In this document: positions 41,431-54,563 of the stretch, piece after piece
Layout of the letters: each line of letters opens with the position of its first letter
Position numbering within the stretch: the stretch's first letter is position 1
Source: Eledone cirrhosa
Lineage: Eukaryota
Direction: 5' to 3'
Assembly: GCA_964016885.1 (NCBI GenBank)
Contig: OZ024741.1
Coordinates: 144,832,001-144,896,000 of the forward strand
DNA length: 64,000 bases
The notes under the pieces: generated by a model
The model's input: the letters and a program-made list of their open reading frames with translations, nothing else
What the model was told of the DNA's origin: nothing
Databases searched by the model: none
Position numbers and translations under genes: made by a program

Positions 41431-42205
41431 ATCTGTGGTTAGGTGGATATGTATGTCTACAACTGCACCTTTATCCTATATGATAATTCTAGTTGGTGTC
41501 TAAGGTCAAACTATACTCCACCATAATATATCATGTAACATTCTCATATCACTCAGACTTACTGAATCCCTTTAAACAAAGAATATGTAACGACTAAAAG
41601 GTTAAGATTTAGCTTACATAACACAGTAGCATAGCAACAAACTATTGGGATAAGACAATACCACATGCATTTCCATTCACACACCATATACATATAAACA
41701 ACACATATATTTGAAAATGTGGGAATCCCAAATGCAGAAAATAACTGTAACAACAGTCTTTCACTATAAATAGTAGCATAGAAAATCTGGCAAAATACCT
41801 CTATAGACGAAAAAAGTGACCATTGTTAGTTATTTCTTGTTTAGAATTGAGTTTGAATCTCCATTGTGGTTGTGCTGGCCCCTTTTTTCCATCTATAGGG
41901 ATATTTTACCTGGTTTTCTAAGCTATCATTTATAGAGACCACCTGTTGTTACACTTATTTTGAAATTTCAAATCATCCAACACTTTGCTATTTCATAAGA
42001 TTTGTCAATAAATATATATATATATATTATTTATTATATTTTAATGTACAAATATATATATATATTATTTAAAATACTTCAAGGTATAAATATATATGTT
42101 ATTTATGATATTTCAATGTACAAACGTATACATATATATATATACACACATATATATATATCATCATCATCATCTTCGTTTAACGTCCGTTTTCCACGCT
42201 AGCAT

Positions 42206-42250
<45 letters not shown>

Positions 42251-42279
42251 CATCATCATCATCATCATCATCATCATTT

Positions 42280-42938
42280 TACGTTCGCTTTTCCCTGCTT
42301 GCAAGGGTGGGACGGGTCTTATTCAGCACAGCATCTCTCCACTCGTCACGATCCCTCGTCATCTCCACCGTGAGCTTCAATGATCTGAGGTCTGTTCTCA
42401 CCACCTCCGCCCATGTTTTCCGTGGTCTACCTCTACCACGTCTTCCTTCAACTGGCAATTCCTGGCACTTCTTCACCCATCGGTCATCCTCCACGCGCAT
42501 CACATGTCCATACCACTTCAGTCTCCTCTCCCGTACACTACATTCTATCCCTCTCAGACACAGTTTCTCTCTCAACACATTTATGCTGGGTCGTTCACGC
42601 ACATTTACACTGCACATCCAACGGAGCATGCTTGCCTCATTTCTCTCCAGCCGTCACATATCCTCTGCAGTTGCTGCCCATGTCTCACTACCATGCAGCA
42701 TCGCGCTCCTCACACAGGCATCATACAACCGGCCTTTCGTACGCAGGGAGAAACCCTTCTTCGTCAGTAGAGGAAGCAGCTCCCTAAACTTCTTCCAATC
42801 CGTCCTTATTCTAGATACTATGGCCTCGGAACACCCTCCTCCCATGCTAATCTGATCTCCTAGGTACCGGAAGCTATCCACCTCTTCTATAACGCCCTCT
42901 AGGTACCGGAAGCTATCCACCACTTCTATAGCGCCCTC
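42280..42938 (-). mobile_element. RTE LINE 3' fragment with a 39-bp internal tandem duplication
   Basis: VDSFRYLG...WKKFRELLPLL...MLHGSETW...RRLKWYGHV...RGRGRPRKTW. Confidence 0.85.
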
Positions 42939-43378
42939 TTGCTAAAGAAAGGTTTACTAGGTGGGACGGAATTATAATGAGACCCTTTTAAGAGGTATAA
43001 GTAATAAACCGAGTGTATCTTACGGTGACGGGTCAACAAGTGAGGGGCCAAAATACTAAAGAAACTACCACAAAATAATAAATAAAGGTTTCTACCCCAG
43101 GCACAAGGCCAGCAACCACCCAGTGCAAAAAAATAAACTAATACGAAATAATAATTCAGAATCCCGAAAAAGAATACTAATACTATCTCTAAGGGTGCCG
43201 CCACGATACAAAAATTCTAGTGCAAACTACATAAATGCTTGTACGAAGTATATGTAAAATTTGATACGGAAAATTAATTCAGAAATGGGTAATTCTCACA
43301 TAATGTGCAGAAGTGGTTGTTTCTCCATACATAGACACTCATAGACACACACATATATATATACATACACACACAAGT

Positions 43379-43540
43379 GAGATCATAGGTAATGTTGTTA
43401 TCCTTGAGGTCCCATATGTGGCCCGAAAGTGTAGTGGCGTGACGCCGGGCCGGGTTTCGGAAGGTATGTCTGTGTTGGTATAGCCGGGTCTTGAAGTCAC
43501 ATGCGGTTAATCCTATATAAGCTTTGTTGGAGGTGTCCGT
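43379..43540 (-). pseudogene. Penelope-like element GIY-YIG endonuclease fragment
   Basis: Stop-free minus-strand translation TDTSNKAYIGLTACDFKTRLYQHRHTFRNPARRHATTLSGHIWDLKDNNITYDL fits the PLE pattern YIGxT..FKxRxxxH...T.LS.HIW.LK. Confidence 0.8.
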
Positions 43541-43762
43541 CCTTTAGCATTTACATGACTATATTTACTATTGTATTTTCATGGTAAAGGCTTTATTTCA
43601 CATAATTATCTCTCATAATATTGAATCTACGAGATTTTGGTGTTATTTATTTTGAGAACAATACCTTAACATAAGTTTGAGCAGCCAGTTATGGCCAGTT
43701 TGAACAGAAAGAGGTGAGAGAATTCTGGCCAGATATGGCCAGTTTAAATGCTAAAGGGTCAA
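43541..43762 (-). mobile_element. MITE, same family as 4522-4743
   Basis: TIRs CCTTTAGCATTTA / TAAATGCTAAAGG. Confidence 0.65.
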
Positions 43763-44046
43763 ATACCTTGCAAAGACATTTACTGTTGTTTATGCCGATG
43801 TGGTATGATTTGTATGACAATTGACTATAAAATGTGTGTATTATCAAATTTGTTGATACTTAGCATGATATGGGGAGAAGCAGAATTCAAAATAAATTTC
43901 AAATAATAATAATAATATTGATAATAATATATATAGAAGAGGAGGAGGAGGAGGAGGAGGAGGAAGAAAGAAAGAAAAGGGGATGAAGAAAAGGAAGGAA
44001 AAGGGGATGAAGAAAAGGAAGGAAAAGCTGATGTAAATGGACTCAC

Positions 44047-44220
44047 TTTTTTTCATGGTGTGTAGGTCTGGAAAACCATCCAATTAAAAAGCCTATGATT
44101 AAGAAGATTATACAGAGTACTATGTCCCGGAACACCTGTTTTTTGTCTATCCCAGATGGTGACATAATTTTAAGAGAGGGTGGTTGTTCAACCAAATCTT
44201 CGGTTTCCAAGTTGGAGAAC
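44047..44220 (-). CDS. Probable host exon: cytoplasmic tail + single TM anchor of a type II membrane protein, possibly NAALADase/GCPII/transferrin-receptor-like (M28)
   Basis: Acceptor TATTTTTCAG|G, donor AA|GTGAGT, 174 nt, phase 2-2, stop-free; peptide ends IVLCIIFLIIGFLIGWFSRP, resembling GFLFGWF of GCPII. Confidence 0.6.
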
Positions 44221-44329
44221 CTGAAAAATAAGGGGAAAAAAGTATGCATAAGTATTCATTCTTTTACAAGTTTCATTCGGCTCTTGTCTATTATTCATGG
44301 TATCAAAATTTGTCTCATTGTTATTTATG

Positions 44330-44967
44330 GGAGCAAAATAGTAGTGGCTCTTGGGCACTGCGTGCAGAGAAACTGCAAAGAATGGAAAGAAATCAAGCCT
44401 ACATGCTTCGATGGATGTGTAATAGTAATATACAGGAACAGAAATGCGTAAATGAACTGAGAGAGAAACTAGGTATAAGAGGGATCAGATTTAGTGTGCA
44501 GGAAAGGAGATTGTGTTGGTAAAGACATGTGATGCGTATGAAGGATGACTGCAGAGAGCTCAAAGTTGATGGAAGCCGTGGAGCGGACAGGCCTAGAAAG
44601 ACTTGGGACAAGGTGACAAAGCTGACCTTGCCCAGCCCTTACTGACGCCCAGCCCTTACTGTAAAGTGGTCGTGATGGCGATAAGGCAAAAAATGCACAG
44701 TCCACACCTTAAAGTGTTCATGTAGGCATCACGGCAAAAGGCACCCAGTCCACACTGTAAATGTGCCATGTAGGTGACAGGACAAAAAGCACCCAGCACT
44801 TACTCTAAATGAGGTTGGCTCTAGGAAAAGGCATTCAGCTGTAGAAACCAAGCCAGAATCAGTTCTGTATGAGCAAGACATGGTCTTCTGACTTGGAAAT
44901 TGATCACAACAGGATGATAACTCATCTAACCCATGCCAGCATGGAAAATGGACATTAAACGGTGATG

Positions 44968-44968
<1 letters not shown>
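44330..44968 (+). mobile_element. Degenerate RTE LINE 3' fragment
   Basis: WALRAEKLQRMERNQAYMLRWMC...LREKLGIRGI, then 3' UTR with GAT tail. Confidence 0.75.
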
Positions 44969-45002
<34 letters not shown>

Positions 45003-45004
45003 CA

Positions 45005-45170
45005 TGGTGGCTGCCAACTTGTTTTCGAGTATGGCCACTACTTTATATCCATGTAGGAGAACCTCTACCGATGCGCTGAACAAGTATGACTTTTTAGTCC
45101 AGCCAGCGACTTGAAAACTCTGGTACAAACACTACACCTGTGACAATTATTGACACATAGTGCTGGGCCC
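45005..45170. mobile_element. Copy of the unclassified repeat at 10606-10772
   Basis: Reverse-complement similarity. Confidence 0.6.
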
Positions 45171-45774
45171 ATATATATACATACATACATATATACATAC
45201 ATACATGTACATACTTACATATACATACATACATACATACAAATACATACATACACACATATACATGCATACATGTACATAAATACATACATTCATACAT
45301 ATACATACACATATATACATGCATACATATACATAAATACATACATGCATGTACATAAATATATACATACATATACATAAATACATACACACAGAAATAT
45401 GATGGCTGCCCCTTCATTATCGAGTATGGCCATTGCACGATATATCATTATTAATAATTATCAATTAATACTATCATGCAATGACTGTGCGTCAAGATTT
45501 GTTAAGTGAGGAAAGACTGTGCACTGAGCCAATCCCACTCTTTGAGCGACAGTAGCTATAACCCAAAAAGAAGAAAAGATCAACATCAATGGTAACTACT
45601 GAGCTGCAGGTTTTATATTGGAGTTATCCCAGTTTCCTGAGTTGCCTTCTCCTAGAAGAATGCCCTGACAAAGTCTAGGGGTCCTTCACTCCCAGTGGTT
45701 TAACTGCATGACCGGGTATCCAGCCCAATTATTTCTATGTCCCCGCGCATATATACACACATGCATACACGTAT

Positions 45775-46060
45775 ATGGCTTAGTGGTTAGAGCATTGGCC
45801 TTGCAATCGAAAGTTTGTGAGTTCAATTCTCAGACTGGGTGATGTGTTGTTTCCTTGAGCAAGACACTTTATTTCACATTGCTCCAGTTTACTCAGCTGT
45901 AGAAATGAGATGATAGGGACTGGGGTCCATATCATTCCACTGTAGAGTGGCCGTGGAGGTGCCACGCCAAAAAAACACCCAGCCCACACTGTAAAGTGGA
46001 CGTGTAGGCGCCACGGAAAAAAAAGCACCCACCACTCACTGTAAATGAGGTTGATGTTAC
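45775..46060 (+). mobile_element. SINE family 2 copy, 3'-truncated
   Basis: TGGCTTAGTGG...GAGTTCAATTC...CCTTGAGCAAGACACTT. Confidence 0.8.
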
Positions 46061-46468
46061 CACGTGTGTTTGTTCATTTATTTGTTGCCTGTATCGCTGT
46101 CAACATTATAATAGTCTTTATATTAATTTTTATTTTTTATTATATTTATTTGTGTGTGTGAGTATGTAGAGGTGTGTGTATATATTTCTATTTTTGTGCA
46201 TGCGTATGTATGCGTGTATATATGTGTGTATGTATGTACGTGTGTATATACGTATGATTGTATGTATGTATGTGTATGTATATGTGTATGTATATGTATG
46301 TATGTGTGTATATATCTCTCTCTCTATATATATATATATGTGTGGTTGTATATATGTATGGGTATGTATGGATATGTTGATATTTATGTGTGTATGTATG
46401 TATGTGTATATGTATGTGTATGTATATATATACACATATATATGTATGTGTGTGTGTATGTATGTGTG

Positions 46469-46509
<41 letters not shown>

Positions 46510-46807
46510 ATAATTGTGTGTGTGTGTGTGTGTGTTTGCATGTGTGTTTTTATTTTATTTTTCCTTTCTTTCTTCCTTTTCCAGCCTCACTTTCGTATAG
46601 ATTGAATGTTTGTTTTTAAAATCCAACGTCAATAAATACGCCAGGATTTTTTCATTCTGATGATTGAAAGCAACATTTTTTTGCTTTTAAGAAACCACTG
46701 GTAAATGAAATAATTGCCGTATGTTGTTTATTACATAACTATTAAGCTCTGTTACCTACATAGAGCACTCTTTTTTCCTGGACTTTTCCGACGGAATTAC
46801 TTCATTT

Positions 46808-46853
<46 letters not shown>

Positions 46854-47371
46854 AATACAGGGTGCAGAGGACAAAGTAAATGTAAAAAAACAATGGAAAT
46901 CACTAGGGTTTTTGTGCATTACGGTTGATACCATTCATTCCTGTGCACATTGGGACACAGCATATATATATAAAGAGTTATGTGTTCATGTATAGAGATC
47001 CTTTAAAATAGCTTATAAAATATGGTGAATACCTTTAAAGATGAAAAAAGAAGTTGCCATCAGCCCCTATGAGGAATCCAACTTCATATATCACAAATGT
47101 TGGAGATATATGTGTGTGATATATGTCTAGCTCAAGGGCACATTATGTTGCTTGATCCAGGAATTGAACTCACACCTTCACAATCTTGGTCAAACACTTT
47201 AACCACTAGGACATTTGCCTTAACTGTCTTATTATATCCCCCCAAAATTCTTTATTATTTTCAAAATCATTTGAAGATAATAAGGTTGTCTTATGGAATT
47301 GTGAAAATGAAAGACTTAAAATAAGGACTGAAAATACATTTTATGACCGTAATCTAAAAACATCATACCAC

Positions 47372-47435
<64 letters not shown>

Positions 47436-49012
47436 CTATGTGGTCTCTTAACATGCCAAATCTATCTCAAATCACATCTTATATAAAAAATAACAGTAGA
47501 AGGCATCTTCTGATAATGTAGTTTAGAGTGTTAAGAACATTGTAATAATCACATATACAAAAGGTTGCTGTAGTGAATGTGTGTCTGTGAAACAAACATA
47601 TACACCAGATCCGAACACAAAGGAACCAGACTCCCACTGTCACTGCCTCCATCTCTCACTATTTATGAGCAAATGGGGGTTTACCTGCTATTTGCCCCAT
47701 AGCCCCGGCAGACTGGATGCTCTGTGGCCCCGGCAGACAGAATAGAGAAGGCATTTCCTCAAAGGATGGTGAGGGAGATGGCGGGGCTCACACCTATAGG
47801 TAGCCAACACTGTGCCAATGGTGGTGAGTAGAGAGATGGCTCTTGGACCAAGGACACCAGAAGTCTCTACCTCTATAGGCTCAACTGCAAACTTGTTGGA
47901 GATCGACCAATATTTAGAGAGAAAGTGATAAGAATAATTACAGAGCTTGAAGGGTTTTTTTTTATCACAGGTTTACTAGATAAACAAATCAGCAACTGAT
48001 CATAAATGGTAGCAAACCAATTTGACAATGAAATTCAATGAAATTAACAATAAGGACACTTTACATCCATGATCTTTTGGTGATGATATGGAATCAACAA
48101 TAACAGCATTAGTGAGCCAGGCCTATATTACAAAAAATAGCTGAAAAAATTTCTCTTAAATCATACTTAACCATTCTTAAAAAACAATGGATGCATTCAG
48201 GTCTGAATTAACTTCACCACATCCTAGGCCTAGAGCCTATCACCCTCCCCTTCCCCTTATTCTGTGACTCCAGAGTCCGTCCCTTCATTTTCCATTTTTA
48301 AATATCTGTAGTGTCGTTATTTGAAATAGATTTGTTTTCAAATTAAATGTATTTGACTTTAAAAAGAAAAAAAGTTTTTTTTTTTTTTTTAAAGAATTTA
48401 TAAATAAGAGCTTCCATTATCTTTTAAGTGCTTAGGGCTTCAAAATGACTTGATACAGCCCTGGTCAAATGATATAATGAAGTCTTAAATATACAAAAAG
48501 AAGGGATGGTATGGTTGAAACAGCTTTGATGTTATATTGAAACCAATCAATCAAAGCTAAAATGAGCCTTTATAACAATAACAACAAACATTTAAAAATA
48601 AATAAACAAAAATAATAATGCAATGACTTACTTTAAATTAAAATGTATCTCAGTATAAATCTATTATAAAACAAGTTCCAGAAGGAAATGTTTGAGAAAC
48701 AAAGGAACAACAGGTCCCAAAAGAAAATCTCAGGTAAACAATCAGGATAAAAGCTATATAGTTCTCTAGCAAGTATATGTTCTTATGCAAGCATATGTAT
48801 TCAAGTAATTGTATATATATATATGTGTGAGTGTGTATGTATGTACACCTGCCTTGATAGACTTGTGTTTATATCAATATTCAGTCTAATCAGTAAATGT
48901 GTAAATCCAGATACAGATAAAAAACACACAATTCACATAAAGTTGGCTTATCTTTGTGACATGTCTACTCAATGGCAGCGAAGGATGCAATATGAACTAG
49001 TTAATTATTCAT

Positions 49013-49045
<33 letters not shown>

Positions 49046-49259
49046 GCATATACAGAAGTGTTGGTACAAACACAAGAAATGGGTAATTCTCACATAATGT
49101 GCAGAAGTGGTTGTTTCTCCATACATAGACACTCATAGACACACACACACATATATATATACATACACACACACATACACACATATATATATACATGCAC
49201 ACATATATACATACATATATATATATGTACCATATATACATGAGTATATACGGTATATA

Positions 49260-49582
49260 TAAAGTAAAGACCCCCTTCAATTACAAATGACCGTGGGATT
49301 TGCATCTAGAAAAACTCCCTTCCGAGGCACAAGTCTGGGTAAGGTTATTTGTGAAGGACTAACAGTCACCCATACATACCAGTCTCCCCTCTCCCCACCA
49401 CCGGTGTTGTCACTGTGAAAGACAATGGCCAATACAGTAAGGCACCAGTGATGTCACGACTCATTTCTACAGTTGAGTGAACTGGAGGAACATGTCTTGC
49501 TCATGGATACAATAAATCGCCCAGTCCGGTACAAGAACTAAAACCTTACGACTGTAAGCCCAATGCTCTAACCACTAAACTA
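49260..49582 (-). mobile_element. Diverged tRNA-derived SINE with a different 3' tail
   Basis: Minus-strand head TAGTGGTTAGAGCATTGGGC and core CTGTAGAAATGAG shared with family 2, but distinct 3' half. Confidence 0.5.
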
Positions 49583-49843
49583 CATGTGTGTGTGTGTATG
49601 TATATATATATATGTGTGTATATATATATATATATTTTTTTTTTCCGCCACGGAAAAAAAGCACCCAGCACTCACTGTAAATGAGGTTGGTGTTAGGAGG
49701 GGCATCCAGCTGTAGAAATCAAGCCAGAATCAGTTCCCGTATGAGCAAGACACGGTCAGCCGACCGGACACTGCCCACAACAGGACAACCCATTTAACCC
49801 ATGCTAGCGTGGAAGAACGGACATAAAACGGTGATGATGATGA

Positions 49844-49890
<47 letters not shown>

Positions 49891-50930
49891 TATATATATC
49901 ATCATCATTATCTAATATCTGCATCTTGCATGGTTCCATGTTCTACTGAGTGCATTTTATTGTGATACCAATGCTAGACAGGTTATGTCTTTGACACAAC
50001 TGAAAAGTCCTCCCAACCATTTTTATGGCAAGCTTTCTATGACTAGATGCCCTTCCTATCCCCAACTACTTTCTAGCATGTACTGGGTGCATTTATCAAT
50101 TTATTGTGTAGATCCCCAACTCTAAAGAGGTTGAAGCACTACTGACACAACTGAACAGCTCTGTCAATTCTTTAAGGCAAGGTTTCTACAGTGGCATGAC
50201 ATTCCCATCACCAGTCACCTTCAGAGTGCACCATTTTCATGGCATCAAATCAAGAAATGTTGTTAGTTATTGCCCCAAGTAGACAGCCCTCTCTGCTGTG
50301 TGGGGTTGGTGGGGTTCGGGAGGGGAAGGAAAATAAATATGAAGTTATGGATGTATGGTGGAGTTTGGTATGATTTCATAGGATGATGAGTAAAGGGGAA
50401 TGGGTGACCTTCAATAGCATAAAGGGATAGGGGATGTTGTGGTGGTGAGAATACCGAAGTGGTTGTAGTAGTTGGGATATGCATGGTGGAGTCAATAGCA
50501 TGGAGGGGGAACTCATCAATGTGTTGGATGGGCTGAATAGCTAAAGAGTGATAGTGGAAGGTGCATGGGTAGAGTAGGTTACACAAGAGAGAGAGTAGCC
50601 ATTATTAAAGTGTGATATTGAGGGTCTCTCAGAAGAAAGTAACAAAGAAGTGGTACAGAAGGAGGTGTGCAGTTGTGGGGTGGATACTTACTAGGGAGTG
50701 CTATTGGAAGGAGGGATATAGGGATGGGTCACAGTTCACATTGTATGCTGGTGGTCAGGTCTTATAATCCCACATGGCATCAGCCATTTGGTCCTTTGCC
50801 CTCTCTGTTGTAAGGTTTAGCTTCTTCAGGTCAGTTTTCACTACCTTGTCCCAAGTCTTCCTGGGCCTGCCTTTTCTACTGGTCCCAACCCCTGGCATTT
50901 CTCTGCATTTTTTATGCAGCTGCCTTCTTC

Positions 50931-51007
<77 letters not shown>

Positions 51008-51268
51008 GGCAATTGCTGGTCATTAACTCCACTGCAACCCCTACTACATTTTTAGGAAATATGCCACAAATATGGGGTAGTGGGGGGAGGGATAATAAAT
51101 TTAATATCATAGATGTGGTGAAGTGAAGAGGTTAGAAGGTAGGTCATGGATGTATGACAGGTGTGGCAGAAATTGAGAACATGATGAGGGGGGAGGGGCA
51201 TCTATGATACGAGTGGGGATATAACTACTAAGGAATGATGACTGGTGATTTAGGAACAATACCTTCTT

Positions 51269-51305
<37 letters not shown>

Positions 51306-51307
51306 CA

Positions 51308-51676
51308 TGTATGTAAGTATGTATGTATATAGCAAGCGAGACAGGAAGAGATTAATGTTACTAGTTGAAAATAGTAAGACCTATGTTCAACTTATCACCC
51401 ATACTTAAGGGCTTTTAAATGCAGATATAATTAGCAAATATGATGCCCACCCAATTTTAATCTCAAGAGAATGAGAGCTGCCTTCGTCTTGAAATTTACG
51501 ACCTATGAGTATCTCATTCTCTTGAGATTAAAATTAGGTGGGCATCATATTCGCTAATTATATCTGCATTTGCCCTTAAGTATGGGTGATAAGTTGAACA
51601 TAGGTCTTACTATTTTCAACTAGTAACATTAATCTCTTCCTCTCTTGCTTCCTTCTTATATACATACTTACATACA
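51308..51676. mobile_element. Fold-back element family H (~165-bp arms, 35-nt loop)
   Basis: 51308-51476 is the reverse complement of 51512-51676; in (TA)n. Confidence 0.7.
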
Positions 51677-51679
51677 CAC

Positions 51680-51720
<41 letters not shown>

Positions 51721-51813
51721 AATGTATGTGTATATATATATATACACACACACACACATACACGTATATGTATACATATATATACACGCACGCACGCACA
51801 CACATGTATATAA

Positions 51814-51860
<47 letters not shown>

Positions 51861-51914
51861 TACACATGCATATATATATATATACATATGTATATATCAT
51901 CATCATTGTCATCA

Positions 51915-52450
51915 TTTTACGTCCGCTTTCCCCAGCTTGCAAGGGTGTGATGGGTCCTATTCAGCACAACATCTCTCCACTTGTCACGGTCCTTCGTCAT
52001 CTCGGTGAGTTTTAGTGATCTGAGGTCTGTTCTCATCACCTCCGCCCATGTTTTTCATGGTCTACCTCTACCACGTCTTCCATCTACTGGGATTTCTTGG
52101 CACTTCTTAACCCAGCAGTCATCCTCCATGCACATCACATGTCCATACCATCGCAATCTTCTCTCCCGCATACTACAACTTATCCCCCTTAAACACAGTT
52201 TCTCTCTCAATACATCCAAGCTCGGTCGTTCACGCACATTGACACTGCACATCCAACGGAGCATGCTTGCTTTATTTCTCTCCAGCCGTCGCATATCCTC
52301 TGCAGTTGCTGCCCATGCCTCCCTACCATGCAGCATCGCGCACTTCACACAGGCATCATATAACCGGCTTTTCGTATGCAGAGAGAAACCCTTCTTCGTC
52401 AGCAGAGGAAGCAGCACCCTAAACTTCTTCCAACCAGTCCTTATTCTAGC
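51915..52450 (-). mobile_element. RTE LINE 3' fragment
   Basis: LLPLLTKKGFSL...RRLRWYGHV...RRGRGRP, same family as 42280-42938. Confidence 0.85.
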
Positions 52451-52530
52451 GTGAACCTAATATTAACACTTTGTACTGCCTCTTCGCTTTCTTTTTGTTT
52501 TTTTGTTTTCTGTTTTAACTATAATATATA

Positions 52531-52589
<59 letters not shown>

Positions 52590-52592
<3 letters not shown>

Positions 52593-53245
52593 TAGCAGCA
52601 GTACCCAGCGTTACCTGTATAGGTAACATAATATCTGCTTTGATGAAAAGGTGTTGATCTTAACGACTGCTTCTCGATGACTCATCTATGGCCACACACA
52701 GGCCATGCACAGACCATGCTGCCAGGCCGTTCCTGAACAAAAAATCCAAAATGTAAAGCCACTTTAAGACGTGAAATAATCAGATCTAGTGTAGTATAAC
52801 ATTTGAACAAAGTAGACTTGATTAATGTGGGAGCTAGAGCCGAAAAAGTGGAAATTTGAGTCTAAAAGTGGTATTTTTGAATATTTAAGCAGCTGCCACG
52901 CCGTCCCTGAACAACAAATGCAAAATATAAAGCCATTACTGGATGTGCAATGATAAATTCTATTTTGCTTTAAAATTTGAACGAAATCGGTGGCAAAATG
53001 TGGGAGCTAGAGCCAAAAATCTTATGTTTTGATACCTAAAAAAAAGGTGACCCCCCCTCCCCCCTATCGATTTTTATCTGCAGAATGACCCGGAATAAAA
53101 AGAAACGATACGCTGATATATAGAAAACACTCCCCGATGACTAGTCTATGAGCCTGTAAAGGTAAAGTTTCATGAAAATCAGTCGTAAGATGTAGGCCCC
53201 TACAGGTAATACACAGACACACACACACATACTTAATTTTATATA
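52590..53245. mobile_element. Non-autonomous Helitron/DINE-1(HINE)-like element
   Basis: Begins ACTAGC...ACCCAGCGTTACC, internal AAGTTTCATGAAAATCAGTC, subterminal (CA)n then TTTTATATAT; internal ~170-bp imperfect duplication. Confidence 0.5.
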
Positions 53246-53619
53246 TGTACAGATATATATATTTTATTTTTTATAATATATCGCTCGACTTTCGTCAAAT
53301 CGGACCGAGGGAACAATGTTTTCGTCGGTCTTTCCAGTTGCTAGTACTATCTATCGGTCGCAACTCCGATATATATACACACACACACACACACACATAT
53401 AAATATATATATATACACACACACATATATATATACACACACACACACATATATACACACACATATATATATATACACACACACACACATATATACACAC
53501 ACACACACACATATATATACACACACACACACATATATACACAGACACATATATATATATATACACACACACACACATATATATATACATATATACACCA
53601 CTTACACCTCTTCAAGACA

Positions 53620-54055
53620 ATGTCGCTGGACCGAGATATTTGGCGCTACACAGTCATACAGAAGATCCGCTTTGCCTAAGTACAAAGCGAAACCTACAGT
53701 CAGTAGGCACCTCTAACAAAATACACCCCCGTCCCACTACCCCCACCCCATCCACACCACCCCCTTAAATGTGAAGTTATGTTGGTACCACAACATCCAG
53801 TCCGAAACAAATGAGGTCGTGTAGGTGTCACGACAAAAAAACACAGTCCACGCTGTAATGTGGCCGTGTAGGTAACACGCTAAATACCTCACAGTCCACA
53901 CTGTAAACGTGGCTGGTGTTAAGAAGGGCATGCAGCCGTAGAAAACCCGCCAGGCAGTCCTATACGAGCAAGACAACGAATCTTGTCTCAAGTGGGAAAA
54001 TTCCTGTCCAAACCAATGCTAGCATGGAAGATAGACGTTAAACGATGATGATGAT
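53620..54055 (+). mobile_element. RTE 3' end / 3' UTR fragment
   Basis: TMSLDRDIWRY then tail ending GACGTTAAAC(GAT)n. Confidence 0.65.
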
Positions 54056-54132
54056 GACACATATATATATATATACACACACACACACATATATATACAC
54101 ACACACATATATGATGACACACACATATATAT

Positions 54133-54201
<69 letters not shown>

Positions 54202-54230
54202 TATATATATACACACACACACATATATAT

Positions 54231-54263
<33 letters not shown>

Positions 54264-54282
54264 CACACACACACATATATAT

Positions 54283-54317
<35 letters not shown>

Positions 54318-54344
54318 CACACACACATATATATACAGATTAGA

Positions 54345-54520
54345 GTAAACATCACGGACGCTCTATCTCAAAATTATTTTTGAAAAGCATTAGAAATGCG
54401 CAACCGGTAAAACTTAAAACCAAAACTGATTACTAACCAATACTATTACTAATTCTCACTTATTCCTAATTAAACTATTTTTCACTGTGAACAATTTGTC
54501 AGCATTTTCTTTTCCGTTTA

Positions 54521-54527
<7 letters not shown>
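54345..54527. mobile_element. Family G single arm
   Basis: Matches 33444-33628. Confidence 0.7.
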
Positions 54528-54562
<35 letters not shown>

Positions 54563-54563
<1 letters not shown>

